A DNA stretch of 61,255 bases, filler included, from Alphaproteobacteria bacterium (GTDB lineage: Bacteria; Pseudomonadota; Alphaproteobacteria; Caedimonadales; UBA9215), in the NCBI GenBank assembly GCA_024280495.1. It is 9 parts of 9 records of this genome, joined end to end, with 100 filler letters (N's around TTAATTAATTAA, not from the genome) between each part and the next. Parts side by side here need not be neighbours in the genome. Positions count along the whole stretch, not along the records: positions 1 to 3,538 come from JAJRPZ010000063.1; positions 3,639 to 6,842 come from JAJRPZ010000064.1; positions 6,943 to 10,133 come from JAJRPZ010000065.1; positions 10,234 to 13,182 come from JAJRPZ010000066.1; 5 more parts are not named here. One strand, 5' to 3'. The notes beneath the pieces are model-generated. The model was not told the origin of the DNA and searched no databases. It saw nothing but the letters and a program-made list of their open reading frames with translations. How positions within the stretch are numbered: position 1 is the first letter of the stretch; each line of letters starts with the position of its first letter. Shown here piece after piece: positions 1 through 10,894 of this stretch. Both the position numbers and the translations under genes were made by a program.

Positions 1-218
1 GCTCCACAGGGGCAACTTCATTGAGATAAACCTCTTGGGGTTCAATTCCGCATCAGGGAGACTTTGCTCTCCCTTGATAATCCCATCAACCAACCGTACG
101 CCGTTTGGATGCCGCCAGCTTGTCGAATCTGAACCACGACCAAAGGGCTATCGCGCCCTTGAAACCACTCGTAACCGTTGGCCGCACCCACACATATGGA
201 AAAGCGAAAAATAATCCC

Positions 219-243
219 TACACAACCGTGCATCCATTGTGTA
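219..243. promoter_or_regulatory. Inverted repeat TACACAA-N11-TTGTGTA, candidate operator upstream of the RHH gene
   Basis: Perfect 7-bp arms ending 10 nt before the ATG at 254; the function is inferred. Confidence 0.35.
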
Positions 244-253
244 CCGTAGCGCC

Positions 254-469
254 ATGAAAAAAGATTCTGGCTTTCGTATTCGCGTTCAAAATGAATTGCG
301 CGAAAAATTCGTTGAGATTTGCCGCGCACAGGACAAACCCGCAGCACAAGTCTTGCGCGAATATATGCGTGAGTATGTAGCTGAGTATGAAGCCGCGAAT
401 GACCGCGACTCTTCCGCCCTTTCGGATGCTCATAACAAAGCTGGTATACGACGGCCTAAAGATAAATGA
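254..469 (+). CDS. Ribbon-helix-helix (CopG/Arc-like) small regulator
   Basis: MKKDSGFRIRVQNELREKFVEICRAQDKPAAQVLREYMREYV has a beta-strand (FRIRV) followed by two helices; ATG 254 preferred over TTG 239. Confidence 0.7.
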   Translation: MKKDSGFRIRVQNELREKFVEICRAQDKPAAQVLREYMREYVAEYEAANDRDSSALSDAHNKAGIRRPKDK

Positions 470-524
470 CAAATCGTCTGTACGTTCTTTCAAAAAGTAG
501 ATAAGTGGGCAGGGAAATAAAAAT

Positions 525-1172
525 ATGACTCAGGTCAAAACAAAAAAACGTGTCATGGATCACGGTGAAGTATTTACTTCCCAGCGTGAAGTCGATGCTA
601 TGTTGGATTTAGTAAAGCAAGAAACCCAACGCATAGATTCCCGTTTTTTAGAACCTGCCTGCGGTAACGGAAATTTTTTGGCCGAGATATTACGCCGAAA
701 ACTTGAGATCGTTGAAAGCCGGTATAAAAAAAGCCAGCTTGAATTTGAGAGATACGTTATCACCGCTATTTCCAGCATTTATGGCATAGATATTCTGGAA
801 GATAATGTACAGGAATGCCGCGAAAGATTATTTGAAATCTTTGATAAAAAATACTCCCGAATTTTTAAAGATAAATGCAAGCAAGCGTGCCGAGATAGCG
901 CATGGTTTATTTTAAGTAGAAATATTTTGTGGGGCGATGCTCTGACTCTAAAAACAGTTTGCGGCAAGGAAGACCCAATTGTCTTTTCGGAATGGTCTGC
1001 GGTTAACGGCAGCATGATAAAAAGAAGAGATTATATCTTAGCCAATTTGCTGGCTTATCAACCGATGGGCGCAGGAACTCTATTTTCTGATCTTGGAGAA
1101 GAAGCGTTTATCCCTACACCAGTAAAAGATTTTCCTGTCATACATTTTTTGGAGTTGAAGGATCATGCTTGA
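525..1172 (+). CDS. Short N6-adenine DNA methyltransferase-like protein (SAM-binding half only)
   Basis: Motif X (GEVFT), motif I ([12 protein letters not shown]), IYGIDI and GDAL are present; no NPPY/DPPY motif. Confidence 0.8.
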   Translation: MTQVKTKKRVMDHGEVFTSQREVDAMLDLVKQETQRIDSRFLEPACGNGNFLAEILRRKLEIVESRYKKSQLEFERYVITAISSIYGIDILEDNVQECRERLFEIFDKKYSRIFKDKCKQACRDSAWFILSRNILWGDALTLKTVCGKEDPIVFSEWSAVNGSMIKRRDYILANLLAYQPMGAGTLFSDLGEEAFIPTPVKDFPVIHFLELKDHA

Positions 1173-2661
1173 TACAAATTATAATCCAGATGTACTGACT
1201 TGCCTGGCCAATCTAAGCAATGATGAAGTCTTTACCCCACCGAAAATGGCAAATGAAATGCTGGATTTATTGCCAGAGGAAATTTGGAAAGATACGGCTG
1301 TTACATTTCTTGACCCTGTTTCCAAATCCGGTGTGTTTTTGCGGGAAATTGCCAAGCGTTTAATGACGGGATTAGAAGAAGAAATTCCCGATCAGCAAGA
1401 GCGCATCAATCATATTTTCAAAAACCAGCTTTACGGCCTTGCCATTACCGAACTCACATCTTTGCTTTCACGGCGCAGTGTTTACTGCTCAAAAATAGCC
1501 AACGGGGAATATTCCATTTGTGAAGTTTTTGATGGTGAACAGGGCAATATTTTACACAGCAGAATAGAGCATAATTGGAAAAGCGGTAAGTGCCAATATT
1601 GTGGGGCAAGCCAAGAAGTCTATGACAGAGAAGATAGTTTGGAAACGCACGCATACCAATTTATCCATACAGAAAACCCAAAGGAGATATTTAATATGAG
1701 ATTTGACGTTATTGTTGGAAATCCACCATATCAGCTTGGCGATGGTGGAGCGCAGGCGAGCGCAATGCCGATTTATCACAAATTTGTACAACAAGCTAAA
1801 AAGCTTAATCCACGCTATTTGACCATGATTATTCCTTCCCGTTGGTTTTCCGGTGGGAAAGGATTGGATGAGTTTAGAAAAGATATGCTGAATGATACAA
1901 AATTAACAAAATTAGTAGATTATTTTGATTCTAACGAATGTTTCCCCGGTGTCGATATATCGGGTGGAGTTTGTTATTTTTTGTGGGACAAAGGAGCTAA
2001 TACAACTTGTGAAGTCACAACTATACGCAACGACATAAAATCTGTTATGAAACGTCCTCTTCTTGAACAAGGCAATGACTCCTTTATTCGCTTTAACGAA
2101 GCAATTGATGTTTTACACAAAGTTAGGAATTTAAAAGAAAAGCCATTCTACAAAATAATAAGCGCTCGTAAGCCTTTTGGAATCCCTTCTAACGCAAAAG
2201 TTGTTAAAAAACACATTCAAGACAGCCTGAGAATATATGCATTCCCTAATAATGGGTTTATAAAAAAAGAAGAAATAAAACAAAATGTTTCTCTTATAGA
2301 TCAGTACAAGGTTTTAATTTCATATGCTTACGGAGAGAGAGGATCTTTCCCATATCTTGTGATAGGCAAGCCATTTATTGGTGAACCTGATACTTGCTGT
2401 ACAGAAACTTATTTAGCTATTGGACCTTTCGATAGCCCCCAAAAATGTAAGAATGTAATTTCTTATATGAAAACCAGGTTTTTTAGATTCCTTGTTTTAC
2501 TAAAAAAGAATACTCAGCACGCAACCAGTAAGGTCTATTCTTTTGTTCCCATGCAAGACTTTAACGAAGTTTGGACAGATGAAAAACTTTACAAAAAATA
2601 CGGACTTACAGAGGACGAGATTGCCTTTATTGAATCTATGATCCGCCCGATGGAGTTGTAA
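1165..2661 (+). CDS. Eco57I-type (gamma) DNA methyltransferase with C-terminal target recognition region
   Basis: [28 protein letters not shown] and IIPSRW motifs; overlaps the upstream gene by 8 nt. Confidence 0.88.
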   Translation: MLDTNYNPDVLTCLANLSNDEVFTPPKMANEMLDLLPEEIWKDTAVTFLDPVSKSGVFLREIAKRLMTGLEEEIPDQQERINHIFKNQLYGLAITELTSLLSRRSVYCSKIANGEYSICEVFDGEQGNILHSRIEHNWKSGKCQYCGASQEVYDREDSLETHAYQFIHTENPKEIFNMRFDVIVGNPPYQLGDGGAQASAMPIYHKFVQQAKKLNPRYLTMIIPSRWFSGGKGLDEFRKDMLNDTKLTKLVDYFDSNECFPGVDISGGVCYFLWDKGANTTCEVTTIRNDIKSVMKRPLLEQGNDSFIRFNEAIDVLHKVRNLKEKPFYKIISARKPFGIPSNAKVVKKHIQDSLRIYAFPNNGFIKKEEIKQNVSLIDQYKVLISYAYGERGSFPYLVIGKPFIGEPDTCCTETYLAIGPFDSPQKCKNVISYMKTRFFRFLVLLKKNTQHATSKVYSFVPMQDFNEVWTDEKLYKKYGLTEDEIAFIESMIRPMEL

Positions 2662-3538
2662 ATGAGCCAAGAGTTTTTCCCAGCGCGCCCAGAGGCTAAT
2701 CCAACCATTTATGCCTATCAGGATACAAACCCACAATATAAGGGATTATTAAAGGTGGGATTCACAAATGTGGATGTGGAAAAAAGGGTTGCTCAACAAT
2801 ACCCAACCAAACGCCCTGGCGAATTGCCCTATAAAATAGCTCTGATTGCGCCTGCTATGCGTAATGATGGCAGTGCTTTTACAGACCATGAAGTCCACAG
2901 ATTACTCCGCAAAGACGGCGTACTTAATCCTGAAGGTGAATGGTTCAAATGTGATGTCGATAAAGTAAAGGCGGCTGTACTTGCCCTGAAAGAAGGCAAA
3001 GGACATATATCTGATCGTACGCTTGATTTTAAAATGCGCCCTGAACAAGAGGCTGCCGTTAATAAAACCATTACTTATTTTAAGAGTTACAATCAGGAAA
3101 ACCCTGATCAAACGCCGCATTTTTTGTGGAATGCCAAAATGCGCTTTGGGAAAACCTTTGCCACCTATCAGCTTGCAAAAAAGAAGGGCTGGAAAAAGAT
3201 ACTGGTTCTTACCTTTAAGCCAGCGGTGCAAAGTGCATGGGAAGAGGATTTGCTTTCCCATGTTGATTTTGAAGGTTGGCAGTTTTTTTCTCGTTCTACG
3301 GGACAAGATTTTACAGAGCTGGATATGGATAAGCCCATTGTCTGTTTTGGATCATTTCAAGATTATCTCGGCAAAAATTCTGCTGGCGGTATCAAAGCAA
3401 GAAATGAATGGGTTCACAGCACCAATTGGGATTGCGTGGTGTTTGATGAATATCATTACGGCGCATGGCGAGAAAATGCCAAAGACCTGTTTGAAGCAGA
3501 AGATAAAAAAGAAATCAAACAGGCCGAAGGCGAATGGA
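2662..3538 (+). CDS. GIY-YIG-like nuclease fused to SF2 helicase (restriction subunit), 3' truncated at contig end
   Basis: N-terminal IYAY...LKVGFT...RVAQQ...EWF; Walker A variant NAKMRFGKT; Walker B VFDEYH. Confidence 0.82.
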
Positions 3539-3638
3539 NNNNNNNNNNNNNNNNNNNNNNNNNNNNNNNNNNNNNNNNNNNNTTAATTAATTAANNNNNN
3601 NNNNNNNNNNNNNNNNNNNNNNNNNNNNNNNNNNNNNN
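3539..3638. other. Artificial contig linker (also at 6843-6942, 10134-10233, 13183-13282, 29222-29321, 37247-37346, 44679-44778, 57593-57692)
   Basis: Identical N44-TTAATTAATTAA-N44 spacer with stops in all six frames. Confidence 0.99.
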
Positions 3639-4184
3639 CCAACGTTCCAGCTTGGCAAGGGGGCGCGCCAAAATATCGGGTAATAAACCAACGGCAACCC
3701 GCCCTCCATCAAGGGGGGGGAGAGGCAGCATATTAAAAACGGCCAGCAACACATTAATATTTAAAGAAAAAGAAAGGGCTTTTGCCAGCAATGGCGTCAT
3801 GATAGCGGGAAAAAATACCAGGGAGTGAAAAAGTATTGCTGAGATAAAAGCCAGTAAAATATTTGTAGCTGGTCCCGCAATGGCCACAAAAACCATATCA
3901 AGACGGGGATTTCTGAGACGGTCAAAACGGACAGGAACTGGTTTAGCATACCCAAAAACAAAAGGAGAATTTACAAAAACCAAAATGGTAGGCAGGACAA
4001 AAGTGCCCATAGGGTCAACATGACGAAAGGGATTTAAGGACAGGCGCCCTTGTTCTTTTGCTGTGGTGTCACCTTTCAAAAGAGCTGCATAACCATGTGC
4101 AGCCTCATGTAACGTGATGGCCAAAATTGCTGGCACACCATAAATAACTAAATTAGTTAGAATTTCAAAAATTTCAATATCCAT
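3639..4184 (-). CDS. Site-2 protease (peptidase M50), 3' truncated
   Basis: HEAAH zinc motif, AGPATN and FNMLPLPPLDG. Confidence 0.93.
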
Positions 4185-5086
4185 TAATTTTTAACCACCA
4201 AGCAATTGATTCGCTCTTGACCCTTAAGATTTTTACATTTTTGAATGGCCGTTGATCTCTCATAGGGACCAAAGTGGACTCGATATTTTACGCCCTTGGG
4301 CTTGCCAAGATCAACACGAACCGTGCGAAAGCTTTCAGATTTAAGCTCTTTTTTGGATTTACGTTGCAATCGCTTACTTTCAATAAGAGCGGCATTTTCC
4401 GTTGAAAGGGAGGCAACCTGAATCCAATAACTTCCCTTTGATTTTTTTTTAAGGGATATTTTTTTCAAAAAAACTTTTTTATTTAAGGTCGTTTTATGCC
4501 TCATCTTTTTTTTTGTTTCTTGGATAGTCATTTCTAAAGTTTTGCGGAATTTCTTTGCTTTCTGAGAATTTTTTTGAGGTGTGTATGACATTATTTCCGT
4601 TAGTGCTGTTGGTGTTTCCACAATGGAAATGTTTTCTTGACTGCTTATAGTTTCTATTTTTGATATTTTTTCTGGTTTTGAAATTTCTTCTATTATAGGC
4701 GTTTTCTCTGTAAATTTTTCCGTTAAAAGAGCTTCTTGAGATACTTGTTTGCTGGGACGCTCTTCTTTTATTCGTAATTGCCCCGGGGGTGTTTTTTTCT
4801 GGTCCCTATCTAATTCAGCATAAAATTCTTTATCGCTGTGGGGGGAGATAATAATATCTTCCTGGCCAGGGGCTTCTTTAAATAAATGTGGATTCATATC
4901 CAAAGTTGTTAGAAGGGGGATATTCATATCATTTAAGGGGGCATTTAGTGTTTTTATGGTCCAAATTCCCATGACAACACCCGTAAAAATAACGGAAATG
5001 ATCGCTATTTTTTTACGAAGAGAGAAAAACGACCCTTGTTTTATCCTTTTTTTGTGACGTTGAGGGGAAGTGATGGGGTTAGACAT
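4184..5086 (-). CDS. SPOR-domain cell division protein (FtsN-like)
   Basis: N-terminal TM helix; C-terminal YWIQVASL...YRVHFGPY...C..L....NCLVV; lies downstream of argS as in alphaproteobacteria. Confidence 0.85.
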   Translation of the reverse strand: MSNPITSPQRHKKRIKQGSFFSLRKKIAIISVIFTGVVMGIWTIKTLNAPLNDMNIPLLTTLDMNPHLFKEAPGQEDIIISPHSDKEFYAELDRDQKKTPPGQLRIKEERPSKQVSQEALLTEKFTEKTPIIEEISKPEKISKIETISSQENISIVETPTALTEIMSYTPQKNSQKAKKFRKTLEMTIQETKKKMRHKTTLNKKVFLKKISLKKKSKGSYWIQVASLSTENAALIESKRLQRKSKKELKSESFRTVRVDLGKPKGVKYRVHFGPYERSTAIQKCKNLKGQERINCLVVKN

Positions 5087-5103
5087 GAGAATTTCCTATT
5101 TTT

Positions 5104-6842
5104 TTACATCTTTTCGGGTGCTGAAACACCTAAAAGGGTTAATCCTGATTTGATAACTGTAGCAACTGCTTGGACAATGGCAATATTTTTTTCTGTCACC
5201 TTCTGATTCTCGGTATCAATAAAACGAAGATCCAGATTATCTTTTCCTTTATTCCAAAGGCCGTGAAATTCTGCGGCCACTTCACCAAGATAATAAGTAA
5301 TACGGTGTGGTTCGTTGGTTCGAGCTGCCATTTCAATAATACGTTGCCATTCAGCAAGTTTTCTAATCATAGTGATAAATTCTGGCGCATTCATATGACT
5401 AAAGTCAATCTTTGAAAGAGAAGCACCTGAAACATCAATATCAGGAAAAGCTTTTTGGACATGACGTTTAATAGAATGACACCTTGCGTGGGCGTATTGA
5501 ACATAAAAAACAGGGTTGTCTTTACTTTGTTCAACGGCTTTTTCAAAATCAAAATCAAGGAAGGCATCATTTTTGCGAGATACCATCAAAAAACGCATGG
5601 CATCCAATCCGACTTTTGAAATAGCTTCATGGACGGTAATAAAATTACCATCTCGTTTTGACATTTTAAGGGCAACGCCATTTTGCATAAACCGAACCAT
5701 TTGGCAAAGGATACAATGGACCTCGGCTTTATTATCACTTAAAGCTTTTGTTGCAGCCGTTAGACGTTTTACGTAGCCACCGTGGTCGGCCCCCCAAACA
5801 TTGATAAGTTTTGGAGCTCCACGCTGAAGTTTATCGAGATGATAGGCCATATCACTTGCGAAATAAGTCCAAGATCCATCGGATTTTTTAACGGCACGAT
5901 CGACGTCATCACCAAATTGTTCGGACTTAAAAAGCGTTTGAACACGGGGTTCCCAGTCATCAATTTTCTTGCCTTTGGGTTGCTCAAGCACCCCTTCATA
6001 AATGAGGTTTTTTGCTTGCAAATCAGCAATGGCTTCATTGACTTTACCTGCTTTGACAAGGGTCAATTCCGACGAAAAAACATCTTGATGGATGTTCAAA
6101 GTCGCAAGATCACGCTTAATTAAGGCCATCATAGCATCAATGGCATAGGCCCTAATATCCGCAAGCCAGATGCTTTCATCTTTACCTTCGTATTTAGTGC
6201 CAACTTTTTTAGCCAGGCTTTCCCCAACGGGAATTAAATAATCACCACCATAAGAGCCGAGATCATCAATGCCATGACCCAAAGCTTGTAAATAACGTTT
6301 ATAGGTAGATCGAGAAAGATCATTAGCCTGCCCACCAGCATCATTTATGTAGTACTCGCGTGTCACTTCATGCCCTACTTTTTCCATGAGATTTGCTAGA
6401 ATATCTCCCACGACAGCCACACGACAGTGCCCAATATGAAGGGGGCCCGTTGGATTGGTTGATACATATTCAATATTGACCTTTTGAGGTACCCCTTTGT
6501 CGTTATGACCCATGGTGCTCTTGCCTATATTCGTGCCAGAGGACAGAACGGTTTTAAGCTCTCGGTGCCACACAGAAGACTGAAGACGAATATTTAAAAA
6601 TCCAGGTCCCGCAATCTCAATGGAAGTAATATCAGGGTGTGCTTCTAATTTTTCTTTATAAATTTCCGCAAGGGTACGTGGCGGCATGCCAGCCTCTTTG
6701 CATAAAACCATGGCAATGTTTGTGGCGAGGTCGCCATGTTCTGGATCCTTTGGAGGCTCAACCACAAATCGGCTTAGATCAGCCCCTTTTTTTATGGTGC
6801 CCTCTTTCATAAAAGTTCTTGTTTGTTCTTTCAAAACATCCA
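5104..6842 (-). CDS. argS: Arginine-tRNA ligase, 5' truncated
   Basis: EYVSTNPTGPLHIGH, KMSKR, YVQYAHAR and C-terminal GVSAPEKM. Confidence 0.98.
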
Positions 6843-6942
6843 NNNNNNNNNNNNNNNNNNNNNNNNNNNNNNNNNNNNNNNNNNNNTTAATTAATTAANN
6901 NNNNNNNNNNNNNNNNNNNNNNNNNNNNNNNNNNNNNNNNNN

Positions 6943-7509
6943 ACAGCTTACCCAAGTATGTCTTTCCAAGAAGATGGCGTAAGTATTTGTAATAACGATA
7001 CAGGCGGTCTCTCGCTTCACCCTGCCTTTAACCTTGATACGAAAAAACTGAAGCAAGGGGAAGACTTTGGCAATGAATTGGATCGCGTGATGGCACGTTC
7101 TGCACGCAGTCATGGCTGGACTTATGTTGATGAACATAGACAAAGTTTTAAAGGCCATGGTTTTTGTGCCACCAATTCAAATGGTCGTTATGTCGATGAA
7201 GAAAATATGAGCTTCCCGCTTTATGCCAATGGCCGCTGGAGCAGTTTTAACCCTGCTGATTTCCGTGCCTATGCTTCACGGCAACGCTGGTTTCGCACTC
7301 CTAATGATGCTTACTTAGCTGTGCATTATCAAGCCGCTGGCAATATTGTAAAGCGTATTTTCCGTAATAAAAAACTATCATGGTTGCAAGTTTTGTTGGC
7401 TGGCACATATAGCGGCGCATTTCATCCGACGGCTGAAGGCCATGCCGCAATTGCTGATTCTGTGGCCGCGCAAGCCCATACCATTTTAAAACGCTATGAC
7501 GAGCAATAA
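6943..7509 (+). CDS. SGNH/GDSL-like hydrolase, C-terminal part (5' truncated)
   Basis: F.GHG.CA and GAFHPTAEGHAAIAD (SGNH block V-like); the frame is open to the contig start. Confidence 0.65.
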   Translation, partial: TAYPSMSFQEDGVSICNNDTGGLSLHPAFNLDTKKLKQGEDFGNELDRVMARSARSHGWTYVDEHRQSFKGHGFCATNSNGRYVDEENMSFPLYANGRWSSFNPADFRAYASRQRWFRTPNDAYLAVHYQAAGNIVKRIFRNKKLSWLQVLLAGTYSGAFHPTAEGHAAIADSVAAQAHTILKRYDEQ

Positions 7510-7525
7510 TAGAAAGTGAAACCCC

Positions 7526-9427
7526 GTGGCAGATCAAGAACAGCAAGCAGACAATCGGCTTTCACAGGCACTTCATGCTTTTGAAGGATATAGTGTTCTA
7601 ACACGTTTTTTTGTGCCGTTAAACCTTGCTTTAATATTCTCTCTGCACATGATTTGGGTTATTAATAAGTTATTACCTTTTCCAGATAATATTCAAAAGG
7701 CTCTAGCCTTTTTTTTGGGCATAGGATTTTTTTGGTCTGTCAGTCTCATATTATGGTGTGAAAGCCGCAGCTGTAGCAAACGTTCTCAAAAGATAGTTTT
7801 GGGTATAGGGCTGGGCATAATCGCGGCTTTAACCTTTTTTTCCTCGTTTTTTTCAACCAATGTTTTTCTTCTACTCGCTACTAGCGTGGTAATGGTGGCC
7901 ACTGCCGCTTACACAAAAGCAAAAACAGATAACGCCGCTTATTGGCTGTTTAATCATAATTTGTGGCTTGCCGCAGGGTTTGCCATTATTGTTGGTTTAC
8001 TCCTAATGGCTGGTTTTTCCCTTATCCTTGGCACACTTGATTATCTGTTTGGTGGGCGGGTAGGTCGCCAATTTTTCTCGTTTTTTAATGTCATTGCGAT
8101 GGGCGTGATTGCGCCTATTTACTGGCTGTCTTTGATTGGTAAAGACTTTACGCTGCAAGTGGAAGAAGGCGGCGTGTATGATTTTACCTCTGGCGCAGTC
8201 GCCACGATTATTAAATATATTCTTGTACCATTATTGCTATTTTATACTGTTATTCTTTATGGTTATAGCCTCAAAATCCTGTTTACGATGAACATGCCAA
8301 AGGGACAACTTGGCTGGATGGTACTGGCTTATGGTGCGATTGGCACATTGACGGCAACAATGGCGTGGCCTTCACGCAAGACAGGGGGGAGACTCGTCTC
8401 CTTTTTTTGGCGATATTGGTTCTGGCTGTTGCTCGTGCCTTTAGCGCTGATGTTTTTGGCGGTTTATCAGCGTATTGCTCAATATGGGGTGACGTTTGAT
8501 CGCTATAATCTAACGGCGGCTGGTATTTGGCTGCTGACTGTGTCGCTTTATTTTATTGTGTACCGTGAAAAGGCTGACTTGCGCGTCATTCCTGCTTGGC
8601 TGGCTTTCTTTTTCTTTGTCAGTTCTTTTGGTTTTTGGGGGGCAACAGGGCTTTCGAATAAGCATCAGCAAAACATTCTTACGCAGCTGTTAGAAGATCG
8701 CGGTTTTTTAAAAAATAAGGTTCTTGTTAAAGCAAAAGAGCGCAAAAAAGACCTCTCTACAGATGACCAAGCACGGGTTTTTTCTATCGTGCGCTATCTT
8801 GATGATCATGATGGATTAAAACCCCTTAAGCCGTGGTTTAAAAACTCCAAATCGGCTTGGTTTAAAAAAATTGATGTCACGGACGATCAGAAAATATTAA
8901 AAGCTCTGGGGGCTGAAAATGGTTATAAATATGGGCGGCGTGGGCGCTCTGGGAGTGTAGATAGCGGTCTAGCTTTTCGTTATACTGCTACAGATGGTAA
9001 AAGCATGTTTCAAGCCGTTGAGAATATCAAAAATTATGACGAGATGATGGGGCCTATTGCTCTGCATCATTATACGTCAGAGGCAAAGTTACCTAAGATG
9101 CTTAAAAAGGCTGTAAAGGGACAAAATAATTTCTATATTGCGCTGTACCAAAATATTTTGATGCTGCGCGATAAAGATGGTAACGAATTCTCTTTTGACT
9201 TTTTACCCGTAGCCTTAAAATTTTCTAATCACTTTCCTGCACCTTCGCCCACAGCTGAAGAAAGCGATAAGCTTTCAAAACACGCGCCGCTCTGGCTAAA
9301 GAAAACGGTTAATGGCATCGAAATCGCCCTAAAAATCACAGCATTAAACGGTCTGATTTCAAAAGATAAAAAAGAACTAAATTATCTTAATGTGACGTTT
9401 CTGATTTTTAGAGGCAAGGCGGAGTAG
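7526..9427 (+). CDS. DUF4153-like multi-pass membrane protein
   Basis: About 11 TM helices, RIAQYGVTFDRY motif and a soluble C-terminus. Confidence 0.75.
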   Translation: MADQEQQADNRLSQALHAFEGYSVLTRFFVPLNLALIFSLHMIWVINKLLPFPDNIQKALAFFLGIGFFWSVSLILWCESRSCSKRSQKIVLGIGLGIIAALTFFSSFFSTNVFLLLATSVVMVATAAYTKAKTDNAAYWLFNHNLWLAAGFAIIVGLLLMAGFSLILGTLDYLFGGRVGRQFFSFFNVIAMGVIAPIYWLSLIGKDFTLQVEEGGVYDFTSGAVATIIKYILVPLLLFYTVILYGYSLKILFTMNMPKGQLGWMVLAYGAIGTLTATMAWPSRKTGGRLVSFFWRYWFWLLLVPLALMFLAVYQRIAQYGVTFDRYNLTAAGIWLLTVSLYFIVYREKADLRVIPAWLAFFFFVSSFGFWGATGLSNKHQQNILTQLLEDRGFLKNKVLVKAKERKKDLSTDDQARVFSIVRYLDDHDGLKPLKPWFKNSKSAWFKKIDVTDDQKILKALGAENGYKYGRRGRSGSVDSGLAFRYTATDGKSMFQAVENIKNYDEMMGPIALHHYTSEAKLPKMLKKAVKGQNNFYIALYQNILMLRDKDGNEFSFDFLPVALKFSNHFPAPSPTAEESDKLSKHAPLWLKKTVNGIEIALKITALNGLISKDKKELNYLNVTFLIFRGKAE

Positions 9428-9550
9428 GGGAGAGGGGGCGTGTTGTAAGGTCTTGATCAGGAGCAGAAGTCTTTGACCGACAAGTGTGTTTCTTTTAAAG
9501 ATGTGTGCATTCCATGGTGAGATGCAGATTTCAGCAGTGGAAACAGTCTC

Positions 9551-10133
9551 TTAATTTCGATTATATCCGAACTTTCTTGTAAGAAGTGTTTCCTTCCACC
9601 AAGATTCCCTCTTTATAATAACTTCATCTTCAACAGTCGACTTATAAATATCAAGAATAGAGTAATGAAAATTATCTTGAATATAATCCAGCTTCAGATC
9701 TTTTAATCCCTCATTTCCTCCATGCCCGTTTTTAAGGTATGCAGACCAGCGACCATATATCATATTTTCCCCATAAGCAGACCCCACATACATTTTTCCA
9801 GTCCCCTTATCTGTAATCAAATATACTCCTTTTTGATTTTCTAATGCCGTTTTCCATGTTCCTCTATCAATCACTCTTTTCAATTCCATCCATGAAATAT
9901 TTACTCTTTCATACCCTGGAAAAATATCATTATCGAAAGTGTCTTCCAATATTTGCAGAATTTTACAATTATTTATGACGCTATCTGCTCTACGAACCAT
10001 ATTTTGAGATTTGTTCTTAAATTCAATAATGACTCGACCAAAATATTTTTCAAATTTATTTATTGCTTCATATTCGTATCCAAGACCATTAAATACATTC
10101 AAATCTTTTGTTATTTTACTAATATCAAATAGT
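9551..10133 (-). CDS. GIY-YIG nuclease family protein, 5' truncated
   Basis: KGVYLITDKGTGKMYVGSAYG...RW..Y...RESWWKETLLTRKFGYNRN. Confidence 0.9.
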
Positions 10134-10233
10134 NNNNNNNNNNNNNNNNNNNNNNNNNNNNNNNNNNNNNNNNNNNNTTAATTAATTAANNNNNNNNNNN
10201 NNNNNNNNNNNNNNNNNNNNNNNNNNNNNNNNN

Positions 10234-10357
10234 AGAGCCGAAACGCCTTTGCCATTCCAACAAACTTATTCTTGGTGTTTTCATTATGAACTCCTTGCTT
10301 AAATATTTGAGTTCATTATAACATAATTAATATCGGCTGAAAATAGTTTATAAGCAT
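10234..10357 (-). mobile_element. Left end of an IS1595-family element; transposase start at 10284
   Basis: AAGGAG followed by ATG gives MKTPRISLLEWQRRFGS, like the IS1595 N-terminus; it begins exactly where the receiver gene diverges from its paralogue and runs into the contig end. Confidence 0.65.
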
Positions 10358-10696
10358 ATTAATTTTTTGATAGAGATTGTCAATGGAATAAGGTTTTTCT
10401 AAAAAATCATCCATTCCTATTGCCAAATATGCTTCTTTGGCCCTTAAATTACCCGTTAATGCCATAATGGGGAAATATTTCAAGTTTTGGCGGATGATTT
10501 TTGTGGCTTCCAAACCATTCATTATGGGCATGTCAATATCCATCAGGCAAAGATCGTATTTTCCTTCATTTCTTTGGGCTTGATCAACAGCCTCCTGGCC
10601 ATTCGAAGCCATGTCAAATTCAAATCCCCATCGCCCCATTAACCTTCCAGCCATCAACTGGAGGATCGCATCATCTTCTGCTATTAAAATTCTCAT
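10316..10696 (-). CDS. Response regulator receiver domain (cassette C), probably truncated by the IS insertion
   Basis: EDD, LMDIDMP, ALTG and EKP motifs; 96/113 aa identical to the 10895-11635 paralogue by manual count; the last 13 aa are unrelated. Confidence 0.9.
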   Translation of the reverse strand: MRILIAEDDAILQLMAGRLMGRWGFEFDMASNGQEAVDQAQRNEGKYDLCLMDIDMPIMNGLEATKIIRQNLKYFPIMALTGNLRAKEAYLAIGMDDFLEKPYSIDNLYQKINMLINYFQPILIML

Positions 10697-10712
10697 AGTG
10701 AAATTACCTCCA

Positions 10713-10839
10713 GCCGAACGCCAAGCTAACCAGAAAAAATGGGGTGACTGGGATTTGTAGCTGACTGCGTAAACACCCAGCTTGAAAAATACTCCGAAAA
10801 ACCGCGCCCCTTTTTTTCTGGTTAAGCGTTTTGTTCGGC
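10713..10839 (-). repeat. Integron attC site 3 (127 bp)
   Basis: Minus strand GCCGAAC-aaaac-GCTTAACCAGAAAAAA...TTTTTTCTGGTTAGC-ttggc-GTTCGGC, with one unpaired base in the left arm. Confidence 0.85.
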
Positions 10840-10894
10840 GATTTATGCCGTTTGATTCATTGATGGCGAGGAATTAAATAAATCTGGTTTTCTA

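Noticed and set aside
1..110. Minus-strand peptide GIIKGEQ...KLPLWS, reminiscent of a serine recombinase tail
   Set aside because: Too short and weak, with no supporting upstream frame
3539..3638. Recurring TTAATTAATTAA motif and ORFs containing X runs
   Set aside because: Artificial contig linker; ORF ends such as ...LIN are artefacts and cross-linker adjacency is meaningless
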